DNA of 64,000 nucleotides from contig CALJES010000012.1 in assembly GCA_938074205.1 (NCBI GenBank), positions 278,840-342,839 of the forward strand, in the 5' to 3' direction. The notes beneath the pieces are model-generated. The model saw nothing but the letters and a program-made list of their open reading frames with translations. It had not been told where the DNA came from and did no database searches. Shown in pieces: positions 49,888-58,611 of the stretch. The stretch's first letter is position 1, and the number at the start of each line of letters is the position of its first letter. A program made the position numbers and the translations under genes. Origin of the DNA: an uncultured bacterium (GTDB taxonomy: Bacteria; Armatimonadota; UBA5829).

Positions 49888-50957
49888 ATGAGCCTCATCT
49901 CCTTTGCAACCGCTTCGGTATCAGCCGGCAGTTCAATGATCGGCGGCGCAATCTTGATCGCTCGGTCCGGATCCTTCAAACCGTGTCCCGTCAGCACGCA
50001 AACTACCTCGCACTTTTCTTTGAAGAAACCTTCTTTGGCTTTCTTTATCACCCCGGCAACTGACGCCGCTGATGCCGGCTCGCAGAAGATACCTTCCGTA
50101 GAGGCAAGCAGCTTCTGCGCGTCGGTTATCTCGTCGTCAGTGACCTTGTCAATGATACCTCCAGACTCGTCTCGTGCTGCCACCGCCTGCTTCCAGCTTG
50201 CTGGATTACCGATGCGTATCGCGGTCGCTATGGTTTCAGGATTTTCAATTGGGTGACCGTCTACTATAGGAGCCGATTTGGCGGCTTGGAAACCCAGCAT
50301 TATGGGCAATCTGTCAATCTTTCCCGCGCTGTAATATGCCTTATATCCTGCCCAATAGGCCGTTATGTTGCCGGCATTGCCCACTGGGATTGCATGATAA
50401 GTGGGTGCTTTCCCCAACTCGTCACAGATTTCAAAAGCACCTGTCTTCTGCCCCTCTATTCTGTAGGGGTTTAGCGAGTTGACCAACGTAATGGGAAAGG
50501 ACTCAGAGATTTCACGCGTGATTCTTAGTGCGTCGTCGAAGTTGCCGTCTACTGCAATTACCTTCGCGCCGTGAATAAGCGATTGAGATACCTTCCCAAT
50601 TGCAACGGCTCCTTTGGGTAATATAACGGCACATACCAGTCCTGCACGCGCCGAATAAGCAGCCGCAGAGGCGGCAGTATTACCAGTAGAAGCGCAGATA
50701 GTGGCCTTGCTGCCTGCTTCCACCGCTTTGGAGATCGCCATGGTCATCCCGCGATCCTTGAAGCTGCCCGTTGGGTTCATTCCTTCAAACTTGAGATAAA
50801 GCGTCACCTTATCACCAAGCATAGATGCTAGCCTATCCGCTCTAACTAGCGGAGTGTAACCTTCCGAAAGCGAAATGATGGGGGTGCGGTCGGTGACGGG
50901 TAGAAAATCGCGGTATCTCTCAATTAGAGGAACCCTTTTAAATGACTGAAAACTCAT
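49884..50957 (-). CDS. thrC: Threonine synthase
   Basis: [23 protein letters not shown]; start ATG 50957 with AGGAG RBS. Confidence 0.95.
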   Translation of the reverse strand: MSFQSFKRVPLIERYRDFLPVTDRTPIISLSEGYTPLVRADRLASMLGDKVTLYLKFEGMNPTGSFKDRGMTMAISKAVEAGSKATICASTGNTAASAAAYSARAGLVCAVILPKGAVAIGKVSQSLIHGAKVIAVDGNFDDALRITREISESFPITLVNSLNPYRIEGQKTGAFEICDELGKAPTYHAIPVGNAGNITAYWAGYKAYYSAGKIDRLPIMLGFQAAKSAPIVDGHPIENPETIATAIRIGNPASWKQAVAARDESGGIIDKVTDDEITDAQKLLASTEGIFCEPASAASVAGVIKKAKEGFFKEKCEVVCVLTGHGLKDPDRAIKIAPPIIELPADTEAVAKEMRLI

Positions 50958-51003
50958 AGGCTCTCCTAGTGGTGTTCGGGTAAACAATAAACTTTTTCGT
51001 GTG

Positions 51004-52290
51004 TCAGTCTTCAACCCTGATTCTGCTTCCAATCTGCTTTACAACTGGCAGGTGCCCTATCGCATCCAGCGCGGCTCTCATACTCGGCTCCGGAGCTTCA
51101 TGGGTAAGCCAGACAATTTCCGCGCAAGAATCGGGAAGCACGTGTTGCAGTACCGATTCTATAGACACGTCATAGTTAGCGAACTCTGCTGCGATGGCTG
51201 CAAGTACCCTGGGCTTGTCCTCGGCAATTATTCTGACATAGTTCCGGCAGCTCACGCTTTCCATCCCAAGCATGGGCAGCTGGTCAAAACATGTACACGG
51301 CACGCGTCCGGTGGCACCCATGTTTATGTTGCGGGCAATGTCAATTATGTCGCCCACTACTGCGCTGCCTGCTGCCTCACTGCCAGCACCTCTACCGAAG
51401 AACATCACCTCGCCGACTGCGCTCCCGCGTACAAATATCGCGTTATATACGCCATGAACGTGCGCCAACGGATGAGTCTTCGGCACAAATGCAGGGTGGA
51501 CTCGCACCGACATTCCATCGCTGAACTTTTTTGCGATTGCAAGAAGCTTCACTGCAAATCCGAGCTGATCGGCATAATTAAGGTCGTCGGCAGTTATCTC
51601 CCTGATACCTTCACGGTAAACAGCCGTAACATCTGCTCTGCTTGTAAACGCGATCGATGCGAGGATTGCTATCTTGTACGCCGCGTCGTGTCCGTCGACG
51701 TCGCTTGTAGGGTCGGCTTCCGCATAGCCTTTTTCTTGTGCTTGACGCAGCGCCTCCACAAACGATATCCCCTCGTCTTTCATTCGGGTCAAGATATAGT
51801 TGGTGGTGCCGTTTACTATGCCCTTAATCTCGAGTATTTCGTTTCCCGCTAGACACGTCTTGAGGGGCCGGATTATAGGGATCCCGCCGCCGACAGAGGC
51901 TTCGAACATCAGGTCGCGCTTCAACTGAGAGGCTAGCGGAAACAGATTTGCGCCTTCCTTGGCAATGAGCTCCTTGTTTGCGGTCACTACGTGCTTTCCG
52001 AATTCAAGCGCGCGCTTGATGTAGTCGCCAGCTGGGCTCACACCCCCTATGACCTCGACAACTATATCGATCTCCGGATCGTTGAGGATATCATCAGCGT
52101 TCGTAGTAAGCAGCGATGGATCCATGGATACCGATCTCGGTGTAGTTATGTCTAGGTCCGCAATGCGCTTTATGACGAGTCTAGATCCGACTTTGCGAGC
52201 TATTGAATCAGCATTTTCGGACAGCAGTTTGACTGTCCCGACTCCAACTGTCCCGAAACCTATGATTCCGACGTTGATAACTTCCTTCAC
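51004..52290 (-). CDS. hom: Homoserine dehydrogenase with ACT domain
   Basis: GFGTVG, VTANK, EASVGGGIP, NGTTN, GYAEADP. Confidence 0.96.
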   Translation of the reverse strand: MKEVINVGIIGFGTVGVGTVKLLSENADSIARKVGSRLVIKRIADLDITTPRSVSMDPSLLTTNADDILNDPEIDIVVEVIGGVSPAGDYIKRALEFGKHVVTANKELIAKEGANLFPLASQLKRDLMFEASVGGGIPIIRPLKTCLAGNEILEIKGIVNGTTNYILTRMKDEGISFVEALRQAQEKGYAEADPTSDVDGHDAAYKIAILASIAFTSRADVTAVYREGIREITADDLNYADQLGFAVKLLAIAKKFSDGMSVRVHPAFVPKTHPLAHVHGVYNAIFVRGSAVGEVMFFGRGAGSEAAGSAVVGDIIDIARNINMGATGRVPCTCFDQLPMLGMESVSCRNYVRIIAEDKPRVLAAIAAEFANYDVSIESVLQHVLPDSCAEIVWLTHEAPEPSMRAALDAIGHLPVVKQIGSRIRVED

Positions 52291-52793
52291 TCTTCGACCC
52301 TTACTCTGACCAGCGTTTCACCCTTTTGGACGAGCTTGCCGTTCTCCGCTGGAATAGCAACCACTTCTCCGGCGACATCGCTTGGTATCGGACTAAATAC
52401 TTTCATCGCCTCAATCAGTCCTATTTCGGTCCCTACCTCGATATGATCTCCGACTTCCACAAACGGAGGCGCATCCGGCGCCGGAGCTCGATAGAATACG
52501 CCTACCAAAGGCGCGACGATGTCCACTATATTGCCCACCAGCTCCGGCTCGACCGTTGTTTCGGATGTAAGTTCTGTGGTCCCCGATACATCCTCCGAAG
52601 TCGCTGAGTCTTGTGTCTGGGCTGCGTTTGCAGGCACCGAGACAGCAGCGGAGGAATCGGGCGCAGGTTCTGACGAGCTCTTAATGGTGACAATCAGATC
52701 GCCTTCTTCAACGGTCAGTTCAGCCAGGCCGTGTGCTTCAACGAGTTTGAGAAGCTTGCCGATTTGCTCTACGTCTATTTCTCGCTTTGCCAA
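52287..52793 (-). CDS. accB: Biotin carboxyl carrier protein
   Basis: VGVFYRAP, EAMK biotinylation motif; start TTG 52793 with AGGTGG RBS. Confidence 0.92.
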   Translation of the reverse strand: MAKREIDVEQIGKLLKLVEAHGLAELTVEEGDLIVTIKSSSEPAPDSSAAVSVPANAAQTQDSATSEDVSGTTELTSETTVEPELVGNIVDIVAPLVGVFYRAPAPDAPPFVEVGDHIEVGTEIGLIEAMKVFSPIPSDVAGEVVAIPAENGKLVQKGETLVRVRVEE

Positions 52794-52812
52794 ATATGTA
52801 CCACCTACATGC

Positions 52813-52846
52813 AAAAACAGAAGGACGGACCCACTTCCGCCCTCCT
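52813..52846 (-). terminator. Terminator-like hairpin in the accB 5' leader
   Basis: Minus strand AGGAGGGCGGA-AGTGGG-TCCGTCCTTCT then GTTTTT. Confidence 0.6.
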
Positions 52847-52873
52847 GGACGTTACGTTCCCTCGGCAACAGCT

Positions 52874-52902
52874 AGTATAACATTGGCCAACTTATGCGTC
52901 AA
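52874..52902 (-). promoter_or_regulatory. Sigma70 promoter upstream of accB leader
   Basis: TTGACG-17 nt-TATACT with TGn. Confidence 0.7.
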
Positions 52903-53081
52903 CTTACCTACGGGCTAGTCAGGACGGGTTATTATATTGCGGGTTTGGAGTGTAACAATCTTCGAGATAGCACATCGCAAGCTACCTAAGCTTCCATTGA
53001 GTCTGAGGATCTCAATTATAGCGAAGACGACAAGTTCATGGATTACACCGTTTAGATGTATGATGATCGCTTGGAGCTTTT

Positions 53082-53191
53082 GTCTTGATTCCCTGAGTGC
53101 AGGTCAATACTTGTAAGACGGCCGGGTCTGTTGTGCTGGGCTGCAGTTCTTCAGATCTTAATCCCCTATCGGGAATTTGGTGTTTTCAGAC
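53082..53191 (-). CRISPR. Orphan degenerate CRISPR mini-array (one near-intact 37-bp repeat, 35-bp spacer, one degenerate repeat)
   Basis: Repeat 53155-53191 (minus: GTCTGAAAACACCAAATTCCCGATAGGGGATTAAGAT) with 3' hairpin; degenerate copy 53082-53119 (10 of 13 matches at one end, AGAC at the other); no cas genes in window. Confidence 0.55.
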
Positions 53192-53208
53192 CGTCTGCAC
53201 ACCGTCAG

Positions 53209-53237
53209 TTGACTCTAGGGGCTTTCAAGGATACACT
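53209..53237 (+). promoter_or_regulatory. Sigma70 promoter of the peptidase gene
   Basis: TTGACT-17 nt-TACACT. Confidence 0.55.
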
Positions 53238-53278
53238 GCAAAAAATGGTATAACTTCGTCGAAGGGAAGTTTTCCAGG

Positions 53279-56200
53279 ATGTATTCCTTTTGTTTGTCAC
53301 ATGCTAGGCTGCTGGGATGGCTCGCAATTTCAGCCCTGGGGAGTGTGTCTTGGGCTGCACAACCCAGTCTAGCTCCCCACAACCCAGCTTTTGAGAAATT
53401 CCTTACATCTTCAGAATTAGCTGCTCTCGGTTCTTCGGATGAACAGCACAGCTTAGGGTTGGTACCTCCACCTTTAGACCTGTATCACAATAAGGGCAAG
53501 CGTATAATGGTCGGCGGTGCAGTGCTCTGGAGTTTCCCACCTTCGTTTGATCTGCGTACCGTTTCTCCCGCTAAGCTAACCCCGGTTAGATCTCAGGGCA
53601 ACTGCGGAAGCTGTTGGGCGTTTGCCTCCTATGGTTCGCTGGAATCGTGTTTGCTACCGGCTGAGTTGTTCGATTTTTCAGAGAACCATATGAAAAACAC
53701 ACATGGTTTTGACCCATCCTGCTGCGATGGCGGCAACCACTGGATGGCGACAGCGTATCTTGCTCGCTGGTCTGGCCCTGCGCTGGAATCGGATGATCCT
53801 TATAACCCTTCCTCCTGCATATCTGCCTCAAACGTGCCTGTAATAAAACACATACAACGTGTCGATTTCCTGCCAGATCGCGCCGGACCGCTCGACAACG
53901 ATAATATTAAGCAAGCCGTGATGACTTACGGTGCCGTCTACACCTCCTTTTACTGGAACAGCAACTACTACAAAGCTTCCACCTATTCCTATTACTATCA
54001 CAAGACGACTGACTTAGCCAACCACGCCGTGTGCATAGTCGGTTGGGACGACAACTACGACAAAAGCCGTTTCGCAACCACTCCGCCAGGCAATGGAGCC
54101 TTTATTGTTAGGAACAGCTGGGGATCTGGCTTTGGACAGGGAGGCTACTTCTATATTTCTTACTACGACACCTTAATCGGGTGCCAGAACGCGGTTTTCG
54201 CAACCGCGGAAGATGTTACCAACTACGACCAAGTTTACCAGTACGATCCTCTTGGGTGGACCGATAGCTTAGGGTACGGCAACAATACTGCTTGGTTTGC
54301 CAATGTTTTTACGGCTGTCTCGAATGCTGATCTTCGAGCGGTTAGTTTTTACACGGCGTCGCCTAATTCGACATACGAGCTGCGAGTCTACTTAGACCCG
54401 AACGCCGGACCAATTCGAACGACCGGTCCAGTGCTTACTCAAACCGGCACCATTGCGAATGCGGGTTACCAGACGGTCGTACTGAACTCGAGTGTCGGAA
54501 TAGTAGGTGGACAGAAGTTCTCTGTGGTAGTTAAGCTGACGACCCCCGGCTATAACTACCCGGTGCCGTTTGAGCAACCGATCAACGGATACTCCAGTGC
54601 GGCAACTGCTAGTCCGGGCCAGAGCTATATAAGTTCCAACGGTGTCTCCTGGACGGACATTACTTCAGTCTACTCTAACTCCAACGTTTGCCTTAAAGCT
54701 TTTGCTACATCACTTGGCGGCATTTCGGTAGAGCCTACTACGGACTTCACAACGTGTGGGCCGATCGGTGGTCCGTTTGCCCCTTCCGAGGTTGTTTATC
54801 GAATTACCAACAACGGTTCCTCGAGTGTTCAGTGGATGGCACAGTCAAGCAGTTCTTGGGTAAACCTATCGATTACTAGCGGAACACTTGGCCCCGGTCA
54901 AAGCTGTGACGTCACAGTTTCCATTGACCCCTCAGCACAGAGTTTGCCTCCCGGACACTATGCCGCTTCGGTTGCCTTTACCAATCTAACAAACGGAAAC
55001 GGCAACACAACACGAAGCATCACTATGGACATTTTCACGCCTTACCATATTAAGTCAGCGCGTTTTGCTTGGATGGATCCTTCTACTCACATTGAACTGG
55101 CGCTTTCGGACGACGGTGTGAGTCAGGCAATTCCAATTCCTTTCGACTTCAGTTTGTATGAGAGGCCTTTCCAAGAACTCTATGTTGGCGCAAACGGACT
55201 GCTGGGATTCTTGAACGTGGGTCTCAATTCATATGCGAATACCGATATTCCGAGCACTGGCTTCCCTAACGCTGCTTTGTACCCTTACTGGGACGATCTT
55301 AATCCTGCTGCAGCTGGGAGTGTGCGTGTAGGAGTTGAGGGCGCTCCTCCAAACCGAAAGCTTGTGGTCAGCTGGGTAGGAGTTCCACATTTCTACTCGC
55401 GCCAGAGTACTCTGCACTTCCAGGTAGTGCTTTTCGAAGGGACTCGGGACATCTTGTTCCAGTATCTTGATGTCAAACCTGCCGACCAGACCTACGGTGC
55501 CGGCCGCAGTGCCACGGTCGGTATCGAAGGCATATGCGGCACTTTCGCAGCGAAGTATTCTTACAACGGAAGCTCGCTGCTTGGCAACCGCCAAGCCATA
55601 CTCTTCTCGTCGCGTGGTCCTGAGATCTCCGAAATCAAGCGTCTTCCGGACGGGGCCAGTGTGGTTGTCAGAAGGGCTGTGGTTACGAGGGTGTTCGACA
55701 ACATATTCTACATCGAATCCGATGACAGGACATCAGGGATTCGAGTGGCAACAAGTGGTCATTCGTTGACATCAGGAATGAGGGCGGATGTAATTGGTGT
55801 GCTCGCGACGAACGCAGACGGCGAGCGGTATGTTATGGCATCGTGGGTAAACGAATCGGGTGAAGGGTCTGTTCAGCCGGTCGGTGTGAGCGGCATATCG
55901 GTAGGAGGCGGCGACTACGAGTACAACCCCGTCACAGGCGCTGGCCAGCGGGGAGTTACAGCATGGCGTAGAGTGCGAGATGAAGGGGGCGACTGGCGTT
56001 GGGAGCCTTATCAGGTTCAGGGGCTTAACAACATAGGCTTACTGGTTCGGACGTGGGGGCGTGTAACTTGGTCCGGCGACGACGAGTTTTATATAGACGA
56101 TGGAAGCGGTCTCAGGGACGCCAGTGGGCACTCTGGTCTGCGAGTGTACGCACCAAATGCAGATCTTCCTTCAGTAGGTGATTTCGTTAAGGTGACCGGG

Positions 56201-56284
56201 ATCGTGTCCTGCTGGGAAGCAAGTGGCGTGTTGTGCAGGATGCTACTTGTGGCCGATCAGTCGGACATTATTGTCGTTTATTGA
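53279..56284 (+). CDS. Secreted papain-family (C1A) cysteine peptidase with lectin-like, BACON/Ig-like, NIDO-like and C-terminal OB-like domains
   Basis: QGNCGSCWAF, NHAV, RNSWG; signal peptide; YPYWDDL; FYIESDDRTSGIRV…GLNNIGLLV…FYIDDGSG. Confidence 0.85.
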   Translation: MYSFCLSHARLLGWLAISALGSVSWAAQPSLAPHNPAFEKFLTSSELAALGSSDEQHSLGLVPPPLDLYHNKGKRIMVGGAVLWSFPPSFDLRTVSPAKLTPVRSQGNCGSCWAFASYGSLESCLLPAELFDFSENHMKNTHGFDPSCCDGGNHWMATAYLARWSGPALESDDPYNPSSCISASNVPVIKHIQRVDFLPDRAGPLDNDNIKQAVMTYGAVYTSFYWNSNYYKASTYSYYYHKTTDLANHAVCIVGWDDNYDKSRFATTPPGNGAFIVRNSWGSGFGQGGYFYISYYDTLIGCQNAVFATAEDVTNYDQVYQYDPLGWTDSLGYGNNTAWFANVFTAVSNADLRAVSFYTASPNSTYELRVYLDPNAGPIRTTGPVLTQTGTIANAGYQTVVLNSSVGIVGGQKFSVVVKLTTPGYNYPVPFEQPINGYSSAATASPGQSYISSNGVSWTDITSVYSNSNVCLKAFATSLGGISVEPTTDFTTCGPIGGPFAPSEVVYRITNNGSSSVQWMAQSSSSWVNLSITSGTLGPGQSCDVTVSIDPSAQSLPPGHYAASVAFTNLTNGNGNTTRSITMDIFTPYHIKSARFAWMDPSTHIELALSDDGVSQAIPIPFDFSLYERPFQELYVGANGLLGFLNVGLNSYANTDIPSTGFPNAALYPYWDDLNPAAAGSVRVGVEGAPPNRKLVVSWVGVPHFYSRQSTLHFQVVLFEGTRDILFQYLDVKPADQTYGAGRSATVGIEGICGTFAAKYSYNGSSLLGNRQAILFSSRGPEISEIKRLPDGASVVVRRAVVTRVFDNIFYIESDDRTSGIRVATSGHSLTSGMRADVIGVLATNADGERYVMASWVNESGEGSVQPVGVSGISVGGGDYEYNPVTGAGQRGVTAWRRVRDEGGDWRWEPYQVQGLNNIGLLVRTWGRVTWSGDDEFYIDDGSGLRDASGHSGLRVYAPNADLPSVGDFVKVTGIVSCWEASGVLCRMLLVADQSDIIVVY

Positions 56285-56309
56285 TACCGTTTGGGCAGGA
56301 CTCGTTATT

Positions 56310-57050
56310 TTATTCTTCCTCCCGGCGTGCGGCTTCGAGTGCTTCGGGCAGTGTAAGCGTACCCGAATACAAAGCGGTGACAACTACAACCGCTTCTACC
56401 CCGAACTCTTCCAGTTTTTTCAGGGATTTGATGTCTTGCACGTTGCGAACGCCCCCGGATGCGATAATCGGAACGGTAACTGCTTCTGCTATTCGCTTGA
56501 CGGATGACACGTTGACTCCGCCACGCAGACCCTTCCGGGAGACGTCGGTGAAAACTAGGCGCTTAGCACCTAGCGCAACCATGCGCTTTGCGAAATCTTC
56601 GGCCCGCTCATCAGTTCTCGCTTGCCAATCCCGCACGGCCACGTAGCCATTCAAGCTGGCTACACTTACTATGGTTAGATCTCCGACCGCGTCCAGTATC
56701 TCTCGAGCTAGTTCTTCCTCAAGCGCCGCGGTGGTGCCGATAACTATGCGGTCCGCGCCGGCGGCAAGCACTTGCTCTGCTTGTTTAATGGTTCGGATAC
56801 CGCCTCCGAAATCCAACCGAAGCCCTTCAGGTATTGCATCTAGAATGGCGGGTACTGCATCCAGGTTCTGAGGGTTGCCCATTCGAGCGCCATCAAGATC
56901 TGCCAAATAGATCCTGGTAGCTCCCTGATCTACCCACATTTTTGCCACTTCTACCGGGTTGTGCGAAAATGTCCCAGTACGAGCAAATGACATGTGTACT
57001 GGACAGACGGATTTTCCGTCCATCAAATCTATGCCAGGGATTACTTCCAT
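56310..57050 (-). CDS. Diverged HisA paralogue
   Basis: HisA fold motifs IPGID, GGGIR, IIASGG, but RDG replaced by RKG and the Asp at the end of beta5 replaced by Ala. Confidence 0.75.
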   Translation of the reverse strand: MEVIPGIDLMDGKSVCPVHMSFARTGTFSHNPVEVAKMWVDQGATRIYLADLDGARMGNPQNLDAVPAILDAIPEGLRLDFGGGIRTIKQAEQVLAAGADRIVIGTTAALEEELAREILDAVGDLTIVSVASLNGYVAVRDWQARTDERAEDFAKRMVALGAKRLVFTDVSRKGLRGGVNVSSVKRIAEAVTVPIIASGGVRNVQDIKSLKKLEEFGVEAVVVVTALYSGTLTLPEALEAARREEE

Positions 57051-57056
57051 GGTCGG

Positions 57057-57785
57057 CTAACTCGCTGCAGCAAGAGCATCGGAAAACTTTAATTCTCCGG
57101 AGTATAGGGCTCTGCCGAGAATTGCGCCTTCGACTCCGAGCTGTTCCAGTTCCTTCAGCGCTTTTATGTCTTTTATTGTGCTTATGCCGCCAGAAGCTAT
57201 AACTGGTATTGACAACGCCTCAGCCATTAGCCGTATGCTCTCGATGTTAGCTCCCGCAAGCGTGCCGTCGCGGGCGATGTCCGTATAGATCACTCTGGAT
57301 GCCCCCAGTGTTTCCATGCGATGCGCAAACTCTATTGCATCTTCGACTGTTGTCTCAATCCAACCCTTGACAGCCACTTTGCCATCTCGGGCGTCTATCG
57401 CGAGAGCTATCTTGCTGCCCAGAGCTTGAAAAAGTTCGCGCGCAAGACCTTCGTCAAGAACAGCCGACGTTCCCACGATTACGCGCTCGACTCCCATATC
57501 AAGCATTCTGAGGGCAGTCTCGAGGTTTCTTATGCCGCCACCTACTTGCACCGGCACGCTGGTTGCGGCTAGGATGCGCTGCAGAGAGCGAATCTCTTGC
57601 GGTTCGCCGACGGCAGAACCCTTGAGGTCGACCACGTGAATCCTCGTCGCTCCTTGGTCGGCCCACATCTTAGCTGCATCTGCGGGGTTGTCAAAGTAGA
57701 CCGTTACTTGGTCAAATCTGCCCTGATGGAGGCGAACACATTTGCCGTCCAGGATGTCGATAGCAGGTATTATCTCCACATCCAC
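57057..57785 (-). CDS. hisA: ProFAR isomerase (start may be GTG 57779)
   Basis: IPAID, VRLHQG, HVVDL, GGGIR, AIDA, GW, TDIARDG, ASGG. Confidence 0.93.
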   Translation of the reverse strand: MDVEIIPAIDILDGKCVRLHQGRFDQVTVYFDNPADAAKMWADQGATRIHVVDLKGSAVGEPQEIRSLQRILAATSVPVQVGGGIRNLETALRMLDMGVERVIVGTSAVLDEGLARELFQALGSKIALAIDARDGKVAVKGWIETTVEDAIEFAHRMETLGASRVIYTDIARDGTLAGANIESIRLMAEALSIPVIASGGISTIKDIKALKELEQLGVEGAILGRALYSGELKFSDALAAAS

Positions 57786-57826
57786 TAGTATAGCAAAGCT
57801 GACTGCTGCTGTGCCAGTGGATGGTC

Positions 57827-57855
57827 TTTACAAGTGTTCAACAATCGTATACAAT
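57827..57855 (+). promoter_or_regulatory. Sigma70 promoter upstream of membrane protein-valS
   Basis: TTTACA-17 nt-TACAAT. Confidence 0.55.
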
Positions 57856-58037
57856 TCTCGACGGTTGATTCAATAATCTCGCTGCGGCGAAGAGCGCAGA
57901 GATCCTATCAAGGTCAAAGGCTTACAAATGCCGTGGCAGGGATAGTTCGGTGTCGGAGGGATCGGCGGATAACGCGGCGCTATCTGATTCATTGTAGTTG
58001 ATGTTTGCTAAGAACGCGTTGTCGGAACGGGCGTGTT

Positions 58038-58526
58038 ATGCCTATACGAGAAGAAAGGATTGACTACTACGAAGCCAAACGGTGGTTTTGGTTGCGCACT
58101 TGGTTATGGTTCTTATTAGGCAGCGTGGTCTCTACCGTGGTGTGCTTCTTTTTCAGTGGACGATTGATAGAAGACTCTGGTGCTAGGTTTTGGTTGTCGG
58201 TTTCGCTTGGATTGGGTTTGGAGCTGCTGGGCTTGTTGGCTGCTTACGTTTCGCTCCAGTTTCCGTGGATGCGTTCCGGTTGGCGTTCCAGCTTTTTGCT
58301 TAATGGTCCTGTTTGCGCGGCGATATCCGCTGTCTGCGCGTTTATGTGCGCGGGAGTGGTTTTCGCTTATTTGCAGAGCGATGCGGCACATCTGCCATCG
58401 GCGGAATTGATACAGCTTGCGCAAACAGTGATGGTATTTGGCATTGTCGTGGGCGCTCTGTGGGGATTCGTGCTCGGAAGTTGGTTTGCCCTAAGGCGCG
58501 ACAAGTACTTCTTGGAGCCAATCTAG
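58038..58526 (+). CDS. Hypothetical 4-TM membrane protein
   Basis: Four hydrophobic segments; start ATG 58038 chosen. Confidence 0.65.
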   Translation: MPIREERIDYYEAKRWFWLRTWLWFLLGSVVSTVVCFFFSGRLIEDSGARFWLSVSLGLGLELLGLLAAYVSLQFPWMRSGWRSSFLLNGPVCAAISAVCAFMCAGVVFAYLQSDAAHLPSAELIQLAQTVMVFGIVVGALWGFVLGSWFALRRDKYFLEPI

Positions 58527-58611
58527 GCCTCCCCTACGTTCGCGGCACGTTACTAGTGTGCCGGAATCTTCATCGTCATACGCAAAACCTTGGGAGTTTT
58601 TGGGGAAAGTT

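Noticed and set aside
53120..53154. Self-targeting of the CRISPR spacer within the window
   Set aside because: Only 9-11-nt matches noticed (e.g. CTGAAGAACTG near 32495), which is compatible with chance
57860..58611. T-box or SAM-I riboswitch upstream of valS
   Set aside because: No GGTGGNACC antiterminator or terminator; only fragmentary SAM-like words
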